A stretch of 64,000 nucleotides of DNA, from assembly GCA_012295275.1 (NCBI GenBank), contig CM022668.1, positions 5,456,001 to 5,520,000 of the forward strand, written 5' to 3'. A model generated the notes under the pieces. It made no database searches, had not been told where the DNA came from, and saw only the letters and a list, made by a program, of their open reading frames with translations. A program made the position numbers and the translations under genes. Of this stretch, positions 13,893 through 25,750 are shown in pieces. The stretch's first letter is position 1. Each line of letters starts with the position of its first letter. The stretch is from Chrysomallon squamiferum (taxonomy: Eukaryota > Animalia > Mollusca).

Positions 13893-16345
13893 CTGAAAAA
13901 TTAATAAAATGAATATAAATTTTTAAAAAGTAATAGATAGTAATATTTTAATAACAAACAGAAATATGAGGAATTTTTTTTTTATATATACAGATAGATA
14001 GATATAGATAACTAGATAGCTAGCTAGATAGACAGACAAACAGACAGATCTGTATGTATGTCCCAGTTCCATTGTTTTGTTTAATTTGTTAAAAGATCTG
14101 AAAGGAGAATGAAAATGATTTCTTGTCCATCTTAGTTAACAAGATGACAAAGGAACAGTCATTGGGAGCTTCTAACTAAAATACAATAACATATGTAACA
14201 CATGTTTCTAAGGTATGTGTAATATAAATATATATATTGTGTATGAATTCTAAAAGAATTGTGACAATTTTTATTATAGTAATCAATTTGTTCTGCCTAG
14301 AAAAATCATCATCCAGCTAACAGTGTTAGTTAACAACGTGTGACATCACGAAACATCAATGCAAAACATTTAGTCAAGATCACAAAGAACAGTACCAAAG
14401 TCACAGCAAAACATCTTACGCCACTGTTTTTATTGTTATTATAAATTTGCAAATGTTGAAAATATGTAAACATAAACAGTACTAAAAGGTGTTTGATCCT
14501 GCCATTTATTTCCAAAAGAGCAGTCAACATTGTCATCATAAAAGTAATTTGTAAACTGCATATCTTTATCTCCTGAACAGGTAGATGATCCTCTTTTTGA
14601 CACTGATAAAATAATCCTCAAGACAACATTTCAGTGATGTCACAAGACTCAGATTAACTCAATACAGTTTAAAAAAATATTTGTTTCTTTTTAAAATTTC
14701 ATCATCTTTCAGCTGCTGTATTCTGCTTTTTACCTGATCACTTGTATATAAAACCTTTGGTTTCTCTTTGAACCAGAAGTTTCCTGGTTTGGTCATCATG
14801 TGATGTTTAACAATTATTTTCATTCATGTTTCTGTGGTTACTAGTTTAATTTGTAAACGTACTTCTTCACGCAGATTCCTAAGCTTCCACTTAAAATTTC
14901 ATACAATCCTGAATGTTTATTATTAAAATTTCATCATCATCAGTCAGCTCTTGTGTTCTGCTTCTAACCTGATCAGTGATATCTACGACTTTTGTTTTAT
15001 CTTATACAGGTGAGTTGTTCTTTGGTCATAATGTGATGTTTAACAATTATTTTGTCTGGTTGTTAGTTTGTTCTTTGTCTGTCTTGTTTGTGTCCATGTT
15101 TCTGCATTATATGTCATTTCTGCAAGAATACATTAGTTGTAATCTTCAAGCTGATTCTTAAGTTTCCTCTTTAGATTTTATACAGTCATAAAATTCATTT
15201 ACTTACTTTTTAGCACATTTATTTAAAATTTCTGTCAGTTTTCTGATGTACCAGGATCCAGCCGATGTTGATCTGTAAGACATAAAACCTGGTACTGTGG
15301 CATATCCTAACAGAAAATCTGCTTCATTTGGGATTGTTTCTTCCTGCTGAACATCTATGTCAATATCACCATCTGTCTGGGTATCATGTCCTGTAAATAG
15401 ATATATCAGAAATCGAGTTCTGATATTTTAAAAATATTAATCCTAGAAAATATAAACTCATACCAAAACCCATATAGATATTTGTAACTATATATCAAAT
15501 ATTACAAAGCAAATAAACAAAAAAAAAAACATTCAAAATATATCATTTATGGCCAGTCAGTATAAACTCGTAGTAAAATCTTCATCCCCAAAACATATTT
15601 CTCATATACTAAATACGAGATGGCAATTTGCACAGAATTAGACCACAAAATTTAACATGTATGTGACTAAATTATGTAAATACAACAGATAATCATATAT
15701 GTAGTTTTGAGGAATTATTTTTAACAGCTGCCATACATACCTTTTTGTTCTTCTTCACCCTGACAAGCCTGTATGAAAAACAACTTTGGTTTCCCACTCA
15801 GTGTTGGACATGACTGAGCTCTAAATGGTGCAGTCAAATCTCTGATCTTTACAAGACAACCATTACTTCCATATATTGCACCTTCAGTTCCATGTGACAA
15901 AATACAACACACAAAACAGTCATAGTCACTGTGATCAGACAAAGCCAGCTGATTTACAGTCTGAACCATGTCACTGTCAGACAGATTTTCTTCATATTGG
16001 ATGATGAATTGAAGATTCTCAAAAGTTTCTTTCAGCTTAACTAGAAATAAAACTTATTTATATATTTTAATACTAGGTATTAATATTGATTTGTGTACGT
16101 GTATGTTGGGTATGAACCAAAAAACAAATTATTTTTATAATAGATGGTGTTTGAGCATTGTTTTCGTTTATCACATAAATTAATATTCTGAAAGGTGAAA
16201 AAATGGCACATGATCATGTAAGTGAATAAATATCTCTACATATATCTAAATATTGAATGAATTTCATCAACAAAACACTATAAATGAGTCAGAGAAAGCG
16301 ACAGAGAGAGAAAATGAGAGCTACATGCCATATATAAACAAACTT

Positions 16346-16386
<41 letters not shown>

Positions 16387-17779
16387 GTTGTTGTTGTTGT
16401 TGTTGTTGTTGGTGGTGTTTTTATTACAATCACTATCTTATTATTATTTGCTGTTAAAACTATTTTTATTATAATTATTATTATTATTGTTATTGTTACT
16501 AATGCTGTTATTTTAATTATTACTATAGTTCTTGTTGTTGCTACTATTCTCTTTCAAAGTAAAACTTACCAGCATCTACATCAGTTCCCTCTCTATTTGG
16601 CAAATCTTTAGCTTCTGGCTTCACTCGATCCTTCTCAAAATCTCTATTGTTGATTATTACACATATTCCTAGAATAAAACAGAAAAACCCATATATTTAA
16701 GGGTGACAGACAAAGAGAAACAGAGAGAAAGAATGAGGGACAGATACAGTGATATGAATGTGGAGAGCCCAGACTAGGTCTGTGTTTATGAATCACTCAT
16801 CAAGATATAGTAGCTCGAGTAAGAACAAGGAAACATGACTTACACCTGGAGAATTCCGATCTCTGCCAGTGCAGGTCTGCATAAACAGCACCAAACAAAT
16901 CACAAAGGCATAAAAAAAAATGAATGAATATGTATGTGTGACACATATCTCTCACCTATATTGTTTGTACCAAATCTAATACTGTTATTAAAAATGTCCT
17001 GCTGATTCCAAATTAGTAAAATATTTATTTGAAAATATACCTCGAGGATTAGCATCCATTTTGTAGTAGAGGACGAGACACTGGTCTACATCAGTTCTTT
17101 CTAACTGCTGTACGACGTTTGGAATCTGATTTGCTGGTGATTTTTAATAAATAATTGAAAAATTAAAAACTAAAAAATATGTAACACAACTCAGAGTAAG
17201 TTCTGCTATAAAATTAAAATATATGCAGCTTAATCTTATTTCTTTATTTCTTTTGCGATGTCAATTATTTGCTAATAATAATAGAAAATGATAAAATAAC
17301 AAAGAGTAGAACTATGCAGGTTGTTCTTTCAAAAAATATAAATAAAATACATGATGGTACCAGATCTAAGGTCACTTTTTTTTCTTCAAGCCATATGAAA
17401 AAGTACCAGAAATAAATGACCTTTATTATTAAATTCAAGCGTTGTTGACTAGCAATATTACATGTCAATAGTATGGTCAGATTAAATTCATGTTAAATGT
17501 TTATGTTTACTTGACCTGTGGTAATACAAAATTTCTTGTATATTGTAATTAGAAAAGACTGGCCTCCAAACACAAATAATATAATCAATTTTTCTATTTA
17601 AAAAGTACTTCATTATTAGAAAAAAAATTTCTCTAAAAGCAATGAAAAATTTATAAAATGTATAATTACCTATTCTGTTAGCTTCATGTGTCCTTTGTTC
17701 TCTTATGCTGATCTCAGGATCTGAAACATATTTTCATAAAAAATAAAAACAGTAGATGGAACTTTCGACATAAATAAAA

Positions 17780-17831
<52 letters not shown>

Positions 17832-18319
17832 CTCATACAAATGCAAACAAATAGTTTGAATACATTTTGTGTACATATATATAAATTACTGATTTTATCA
17901 GTTTACTGGGATAAATGTTTGCTAATAACATAGTATTTGAATAAAAGTAATTAGACTGAAAAAACAATTAACTGGATTTAAACACATTTATACTGACTGT
18001 TTAAAAAGTAACAAAGTCACAAATACCTTTTTATTCTGATATTAATTAGAAAAAAATGCTGTCCAAAAGCAATTTAAAATTAATAAAATGTATATTTACC
18101 TGTTGTGGTAGCTTCATCTGCTCCTGGTTCTCTAATGCTGATCTCAGGATCTGAAAACAAAATATTTTCATAAAAAATAAAAACAGCAGACGGAATTTTG
18201 GTAATGACTCTGAAATAGATTAACTATTTCACTCTCTCAAAAAAGAGTTAAAATGAAAAAAAAATATATGAAAAAGGATTGAAATTACGAATAATAAAGA
18301 AAACTTAAAAAATAAACAA

Positions 18320-18351
<32 letters not shown>

Positions 18352-20822
18352 TGATGATGAATGAATGATTAAAGAACAAAATGTAGTAAATAAATAGACA
18401 AACAGAAAAAAGAAAAAGAAAGAAAATTGCTGATTTTTGGAAGTAGAATGTTCCATGTAAGTGAAAACATTGTTTAAAAAGTAACAAAGTCACAAATTAT
18501 TAGAAAAAATGTCCAAAAGGTACGAATAATTTATAAAATGGAAAATTACCTATTATGTCAGCTTCATGTGTCCTTTGCTCTCTTGTGTTGATGTCATGAT
18601 CTGAAACGAAAAATGTTCATTAAAAATATACAGAAGATAAAACTTTAGAAATCAATAAAAATCACACCACATATACACACAGACACACACAATGATATAT
18701 AAACATAAAATGTAACTAGAAACGTAAAATCATAAAAACATTTTGTTACTGGTGAATGAAATTTTGTGATAACCTCTTGAGGGATAATGGTAATGACACT
18801 GAAATAGCTTGAACTTTTCACTCTCTGAACTGTAGAATATTTGCCAACTGTTTTGTGTTTTCAGAGTGCTGATTTATTTCAAACTAAAACATTACCTTCC
18901 AAAATGTTTTCCAACATTGCTGCTATTTGGGTCATTTCACAGTTCCTCATGGCGTTGGACAAATCTCTTATTATCTTTTTTCTATCATGAGTGCTATTTA
19001 TCATTTGGAGCCACAGTTTGATCATGTTAGTATTTCTGTAGAGAGGTGAATGGTAATACTGACTCAAATTTTGTAGTGTTAAGTCAGGAATATTCAACTG
19101 GGTTCCAAGGGCAAAGAACTGCGTGTTTGATATATGCAGAGCAATATCATGGATTACAGTATCAGGTATAGCTGAAAAAAAAAAAATAATAATATATATA
19201 TATATGAGAAATGAATCAAACAATAATGAATAAATAAGAAATTTAACATAAACATAAAAATATGATAAAATAATAATAATACAATGATGACAATGAATCG
19301 AATGATAATAATTATAATGATGATTAATGAATCAATGAATGAATAATGAACAAAATGTAATCGATAAATAGACAAATAATTAATTAAAGAAAGAAAAAGA
19401 AAAAGAAAGAGATAACTGAAGACAGTCCCTGATCTTTGTAAGTAGAATGTTCTATGTAAGTAAAAATATTGTTGGTATACATGTCAAAAAGATTAATTGT
19501 TTAATTCAAAAAGGAAACCAGGGAATCACTACTTAAATACAGATCTACAAATTTACACATAACACTGAAGAAAAATTAAAAATAAGAAACTTAATTAATA
19601 CAAGGAAGTAAAAGTAAGCATTTCAATATAAAGTGAATATTTTGAAATGCAAACAAAAAGTATTAATACATATTTATAAATTACTGATGTTATTAGTTTA
19701 TTGGTGATAAATGTTTGGTAATAATATAGTATTCGAATAAAAATAATTACACTGATTAATTATTGATGTTGACATTTTCCATTTTATTGTGGTATTATTT
19801 TGTTTATTAGTAATGATGAAATTGTTGAAGGCATAATAAATAACAGAAAAGTTTAAATAATTGATAGAACTAATAAGATAAGTTTAAATATGGAAATCCT
19901 TGAGAATAAATGATAGAAACACTAATGTAATCTGATCATTTACAGGAATATTATTACACTACTTTTTCGAAAATAAAGTTACAATACAAATTAAGTTATC
20001 AGTTTTATGATTCTTGGGTCATTTAAGAAGTTTTTTTTTACCTGGTTCTGAAGGAGGACTTTGTGTTGGTTGAGGATTCTCTGTTACAACACTTGCTGTT
20101 GTCCTACCAGGCTTTGTTTGCTCAGTGGGATAGTCTACTTGTATCTTTCGTTTTGGATGGTGAACTTTTTCTTCAGGTGTATTGGTCCTTCCAACTGTAA
20201 TCACAACTGACTGATCCACTGTAGATGTTGTATTTACATTCATCTTCTGTTTGAAGTTCTTTATTTTTTCTACTAAATCTAATCTTCCTATCTGCTTAAG
20301 AGAACCTTCCAAAATGTCAACATTTTCAGGACTAATTTTTTTCATCTGTTCAAGAATGAGAAAAAACTCCAGCACACTGTGAATCTTTTGTCGCTTTGCT
20401 CTAGGAATGTCTCCAGAACAAAACAACAACTTATGCAAGTCCTCTTCACCGATTTCATCAGAAAGATCAAGAAGTAAATTTCTGTATGCTGAAAAATGTG
20501 ATCCATACATGGACAGATATCTATCCAGTTCTTTCTCGTCAACCTGCAATGTTTCCACCAGATCTAACCTCATAATACGTTTTAACATCTCGGCCAAAAC
20601 CCACTTATTTGTTTCTTTCAGTTTGCCTGTTTTCTCAAGAAGGCTGAACAGTTCAGTTCCGTTCTTTATATGTTCTAGTCGACTCAATGGAGCAACCTCA
20701 CGACACAAGAATTTCAGAGAATAAATGTATTCCTTGTGCAGGTCACCATCAACTTCAAGTAGTACACATCTCAAATCAACACCTCCCTCGTCCTCTGCAT
20801 CCATTCGCAAAGTGTTAGACAT
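13760..20822 (-). CDS. CASP8: Caspase-8-like initiator caspase, gene 1 (DED-DED-death domain-linker repeats-p20/p10), 672 aa, apparently intact
   Basis: Exons 20822-20042, 19171-18896, 18600-18550, 18150-18100, 17720-17670, 17133-17041, 16668-16570, 16040-15741, 15390-15207, 13892-13760; all GT-AG, in frame, total 2019 nt. Two DEDs (LKFL, RLDL x2), NREGT Arg, SHG His, QACQG Cys, SYRS Arg. The symbol means caspase-8-like; orthology is untested. Confidence 0.9.
15207..15390 (-). CDS. Gene 1 inter-subunit linker plus p10 exon (HDTQTDGD..IPNEADFLLGYATVPGFMSYRSTSAGSWYI)
   Basis: 184 nt, GT-AG, canonical caspase p10 motifs. Confidence 0.92.
15741..16040 (-). CDS. Gene 1 catalytic p20 exon (SHG, GKPKLFFIQACQG)
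   Basis: 300 nt, phase 1-1; overlaps ORF 15721..15969. Confidence 0.95.
16570..16668 (-). CDS. Gene 1 p20 N-terminal exon (ICVIINNRDF..NREGTDVDA)
   Basis: 99 nt, GT-AG, caspase strand beta-1 and Arg179-equivalent. Confidence 0.92.
17041..17133 (-). CDS. Gene 1 linker exon (NQIPNVVQQLERTDVD..YYKMDANPR)
   Basis: 93 nt, phase 1-1; ends with the Y-x-M..PRG motif that opens caspase p20. Confidence 0.85.
17670..18600 (-). CDS. Gene 1 array of three paralogous 51-nt linker micro-exons (17670-17720, 18100-18150, 18550-18600)
   Basis: Each has tttcag|AT...AG|gtaa. They encode HDINTREQRTHEADII, PEISIREPGADEATTT and PEISIREQRTHEANRI. Confidence 0.75.
18896..19171 (-). CDS. Gene 1 death-domain exon
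   Basis: 276 nt, phase 1-1. IPDTVIHDIA..FALGTQLNI..MIKLWL..DLSNAMRNCEMTQIAAMLE fits the six-helix death-domain pattern (recognised by eye). Confidence 0.8.
20042..20822 (-). CDS. Gene 1 tandem death-effector-domain (DED-DED) exon
   Basis: ORF 20019..20822; LKFLC, ELFSLLE, RLDLV in DED1 and LEFFLILE, GRLDLV in DED2; acceptor at 20865-20864, donor at 20041-20040. Confidence 0.92.
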
Positions 20823-21498
20823 TTTGTTTCTTATGTATTAGAAACAGGGTATGTAGTTCTTATCTGGAAAAAAGGATACAGAAACAGTTTAAATTAAGCA
20901 TAAAAAATTAAATAACTGGGGGTGATCCATAAAATATATATTATATGTTTTCACTTCTGTAAGGAAACGTCAGTCTTAGCATTCAGAATATTTTTGTTTC
21001 CTGGTCGGTGACTGGGGAAAATATCTGACAGTATCAGCATATGAACTAAACAGACAGCAGTCATTAATTTTCAGTACAATTTATATCCAACCATATACCA
21101 AACCTTGGTAGTTTACTGACTAAATTAAATTTTGTTTATCAAGTACTGGTCTATTTTGTTGTTGCTGTTATTGTTATTACCATAAATAATCAAACATTCT
21201 TTACAGATGTTGTAAGTTACTTGTTATAATCGATCTATGAAATATATATGTTAATTATAAATAATCAAAAAATATAGTTGTGTCTTTATGACTGCTGAAA
21301 TACTTTATTTTTTTAGTTAAAGTATTAAAAACAAGGTAAAAAAAAAAAAAAAAAAAAAAAAAGTCATTTGTTTTACATTTCTGTTCCGTGACTGATTATT
21401 AAAATCAAAACAACCTAAATTTGTGTGACAATGTTAATAGCATTAACACGTTGTTTTAAGACAATAACCTTGTATATTAAACTATATCACACGTTTAC

Positions 21499-21600
21499 CT
21501 ACCAGTCCACATCCATTAAAAGCTTAAATATTCTGTCCTTCAATGGATTATAGTCATAGTTTTCCTTTGGAGGGTCCTGTATGGTATTTCCCCTACTGAA
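21499..21600 (-). promoter_or_regulatory. Gene 1 non-coding first exon and promoter with kB-like site
   Basis: GGTAG|gtaaac donor (exon end 21499) and GGTATTTCCC at 21583-21592; homologous to the gene 2 and gene 3 promoters. Confidence 0.5.
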
Positions 21601-22239
21601 ATAAAGGTAGCGAACAATCCAAGCCATATTGAAATCTGTGAACGATAAATCCAGTGAATAATTTATCGCACGTCAGTTCTTTCAAACAAACAGCTCGCAG
21701 TTTCAATAAGAGTAAATTTCTAACGACAACTTGTTCCATTAACTACTCGATAACCCTTACATAGTAATAATAAAATCATCGACTTACAATTGTTTATTTT
21801 TTCTTCTCTTTTTTTAATCCATTCTACGAGGACGATTGAACATTAGATGATGATGATAATGATAATAATGATAATGATAAGGATGTTGATAATAATAACA
21901 GTAATAGTAATAATACACACTTTTCATCTTTCTTTCCCCCTTTATGCCCTCCCCAGTATATTTTCTTTATGTATATTTTGTTAAGATTATTTATATTATT
22001 TGTTTATTTTTGTAAATATTTAATGAATAAAAAACATCTTCACATTTTATCGTAATCAGAGATACCACTATTTCATTTTTTTTTGTTTTTTTTTTTTTCT
22101 ATTTTTGACTAATCATTTTAATTATTATTATTTATTTTTTATTTTATTTTGTGCTATTTAATTTGTGGGGTTTTTCCGAGAATGTGTTAAAAAAAAAGAA
22201 AAAAAAAAAAAAACCCATCTTTTAAAAATGGAATTCTTT

Positions 22240-22700
22240 TATTGTCCAATTTTAATATGAGAGTTACACCAAATTGGTGGACTTAATGTTCTTCTTTTGT
22301 CCATGTCACTTTACACTTTTCTATAAAGTTTGACCATGTTTGTAAGTATTTTGTCTAGATTTTTGTTAGTAAAATCATTGTCTTGATTAGCATACGTTTT
22401 ATAAAAAGCTACTACTTCTTCCTCAACTCATTTTTGATTTTATAATAGGTTATTTTCTTTTTCTATTAATACAGGTAATGCTTAACACCTAATTAAAAAC
22501 TGATTTTGGTTTTTCTTTCCCTGAGCCTCAAGTTCAGATTTTAGATTACAAAGATGTATATAGGAAATCCATATTTTTCTCTTGCTTGTTTTTTTTTCCT
22601 TTTCCTTAGATGGAAAGGCAGTTGTTTTGCCTATTATTTCCATCATTAAAATTCCTAATAATAATTGATTGTTAATGTGAATGAGAGTGAATCACTGTTG
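22240..22700 (-). mobile_element. Degenerate Tx1/L1-type LINE ORF2 fragments
   Basis: Minus-strand peptides INNQLLLGILMMEIIGKTTAFPSKEKEKK, VEEEVVAFYKTY and LSPPIWCNSHIKIG resemble L1/Tx1 ORF2 segments (recognition from memory). Confidence 0.5.
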
Positions 22701-23119
22701 CTTTAATTATGTCTGCTGCTATTAATTAACATCAGTGTTGATTATTTAACAGTGTGCAATGATGTAAGTTTTTTTGTAGTTAAAAAAACCCCAAATGGTC
22801 AGGCCCCTGGAATTACTTTTAAATGAACTGACATAAAAATTGCCTACACCCCACTGATACCTGATCATAATTTCATGATCGTTTGTTCCTTAATTGAAAA
22901 CATCCTTGTCATCTCATTAGTTTAGAATGTTGGCAACTGACAAGCATAAATTCTAATGTATCATCCACTATCAATTTACAAGCAATATAAATCAATTTAC
23001 ATACACTTTCACTCCCAAACACACATCTTCTTTCATATACAACCATTTACAAACACATAGTTAATTTTTTGGTGTTTTTTTTTTTTTTTTTTTTTTTTTT
23101 AACTTTTAAAACAAAATAA

Positions 23120-24050
23120 TACAGGACAGACATTCTTCAAGTGTTGGTGGGTTCAGTCCAAAGAAGAATGATGTCTGTGACCCACACAGACACGTGTGAC
23201 AGTTTGTGAACAGATGGGCCAGAAAGTAATATCTGTCAATATGCGGCTGCAGGAACAGTTTTAAGTTCTTCCTAAAACCCACAAACTAGAACAGCTGCAC
23301 TACTTTGCCAAGCCCCCATTCTACACATTGTCAAACAGCAGACAAGTTTTTTGTTAAAAGCCCTTTCATGTGGACTGATTCAAAGGAACACAACAGATAA
23401 TCCCTCAGGGGGTACCTTCATAGAGGGAAAGTGGATATTCATTCACATCATTCATCCTGGCTTCTAGTAGTGGAAGAAGAACACTGACAGCAAGTCTACC
23501 TCTGTCTTGTCTAGTTCCAGCATATGGCCCTAGCAGCTTGACAACAAGTGCACTGGGTGCCGTCACTGACTGAAATTTGATGTCATGCTTTCTCTTGTGG
23601 CCACTAAAAGCATGTCTTTTGTCCACTGATGGTCACTCCATCTCGTGAACTGTTCCATCGATGAATCCGCATCAGTTCTTCAGAGGGGAACTTTATTTGC
23701 AATGATGTCTGCAAATAGCTGAGGATTTAGCCGTGCTTGATGAAAGTTTGTGTCCAAAGTTGTCAAAGATGTAATTAGAAACGTGTTTAAAGATCAAACT
23801 CAGCTGCAAAGTGGATTGCGAAAAACAGGAATCTCAAATCGCAAAAGCAACGTGGATATGCAAGTCACCTCAAAAGCAGACAAAGTCAGACAAAAACTTG
23901 TTTCACAAATAATTGGGTCAGGCATTCTAAGCAAATTGCACAGATGTTGCATTTCATCTTTTGTGAAGTAAAACTGTTCCAAACATATTTTGTCTGAAAA
24001 GTCTTTCAAGTTAAAAGTAACATCATCAGCTCCTCCTCATTATAGAAGCT
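23120..24050 (-). mobile_element. Decayed PIF/Harbinger (HARBI1/DDE_Tnp_4-type) transposase
   Basis: GFIDGT, SGHKRKHDIKFQSV, GPYAGTRQD, VEWGLGKV, TNCHTCLCGSQTSFFFGLNPPTLEE; several stops and frameshifts. Confidence 0.8.
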
Positions 24051-24329
24051 AACATCAGTGGAATAGCCAATTCCACCTCGTCAGCCATGATGACACATCT
24101 GTAAATACTTAATTGCACTTTTAAATCTTCAGAATACAGCCTTACAGTAAATGATTTAAATAAAACTGGAATTTCCAAGTAATTAAATATACTGAATGAC
24201 TACAAACTGTCATAATAAATGATAAAGATGACAGTAAGATTGTTATGATGTTGATAACAATATATAAAAATTATCATAGAAAAACTACTCATAGAAAATA
24301 TTTTTTGAAAAGCTTCACTTGAACAAAAC

Positions 24330-25750
24330 TGAGGTAAATGTTTTTAGGCTGTGTGATCTGGCACACACATAAAAAACAACAACAACAAAACAGGAATTCT
24401 GCGACTCAGGCCAGATATGCCAAGCTTCATGGCGTGCATCGTGCCACCATTAATGGGAGAGAAAGCTTCCTCAATAATGAGCAATGCAGGAAGTGTTATG
24501 CTTTCATTACAGTTAATCAAATATATTGTATGTACTACATGCTCAGCTGCATCTGAACATTCTACTAATCACAATAATAATCGGAACAAGTAGACAATCA
24601 GTGAAATCAATTTAAAAAGCACCACTGACCTGCAGACTCCAGAGATCACATCGAACAGGAAGAGTACAGCTTTCTTCCATAGAAAAACACTGAGTAGTCA
24701 TCACAAAAAGAACATTCGTGCCTGATCCAGAAATTAGCATAGTTACTTCCCTTCCTTGATCTATTCTGATAGGTGCAATGTGCTTTACGTTGAAGCTCAG
24801 TCTGAGTTAAGAACATCGCGAGTTTACTCCATACGTGCACGCCTGTGCTTAACCTCTCCATTCTGGTTTTGCTAATGACAGCATCAGGAGGAGCAAAAAG
24901 CAGGGAGACATCATTATCGATTCAGACAACAAATTCATATGTTCAGTTGAACAGCATGAACAGCAGTGCTCAGCAGCCTGTGATCTTGTCTGTTCCAAGC
25001 ATACACTGGATAAAGAATGGTTGTCAGGTTCCTCTTTGAACCAGATACACTTGCCACGGGTTCTATACACTTGGTTGTCCTGATCAAAGCACAGAGGATT
25101 CAGAATTCAGTGCTACTACTTCATGACATAAGAAATGAAATTTGGCAACTCGGGTCAGTGGCAGATCAGATCAGCATCAATGCCAAGGAAATCAAGATGA
25201 TGGTGGATACGACGGCCCAGGTGTTGCTTCAGTTTCTGGAGAATCTGATGGTGTCAGAGATGAACACGATCAAATATAATGAAGAAGACCTGTCTGCCTG
25301 CGATATTTAAGTGAGGTCAAAGAACAAATCGGTTGTCTTACGAGAAACATCACTGACATGCTACAAGCTGGTCGTGGACAAAGGAGAAAGGGTAATGAAG
25401 CAGATGCCGAAGTCATTTGACAAGTACAGTCTTCTACGACAGAGCTCACACTGAATGAACTGAGAGCCGGATTGAACAAGCACTCGGTTACATACACATG
25501 GAAAAGGACCAGAGATCTGACAGACAGGTGGAGCCAGACAGACCCGATATTATTGATCAGGCAGAGCAGTCATAAACCAGTTCATCGACCTGTCTCGACA
25601 TGTTAAATGGCGAAACGTTCAAAGCAAGGTTGCATGATGGCTACATTAAAATGATTGTTCCCGTACCCACTGTAGGTGTGTGGATTGGTTACGATTAAAA
25701 AGAAAAATATCGACGTAATATAATTTGACAGATTCATTGGTTATATTAGC
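24330..25750. mobile_element. GC-richer decayed coding-like region next to the Harbinger transposase (possible accessory ORF of the same element)
   Basis: Abrupt composition change, many broken ORFs (e.g. 25017..25310+), CCAAT and YY1-like motifs at 25605-25740. Product not identifiable. Confidence 0.35.

Noticed and set aside
16253-16474. Poly-Leu/Ile/His/Tyr ORFs suggesting membrane or metal-binding peptides (also 29908, 38630, 50100, 50734, 58599)
   Set aside because: Translations of (AAT)n, (TTG)n and (GAT)n microsatellites.
20407-20724. Antisense ORFs over caspase and transposase exons (also 28856..29113, 54081..54453, 61185..62852 on +)
   Set aside because: Shadow ORFs of real coding sequence on the other strand.
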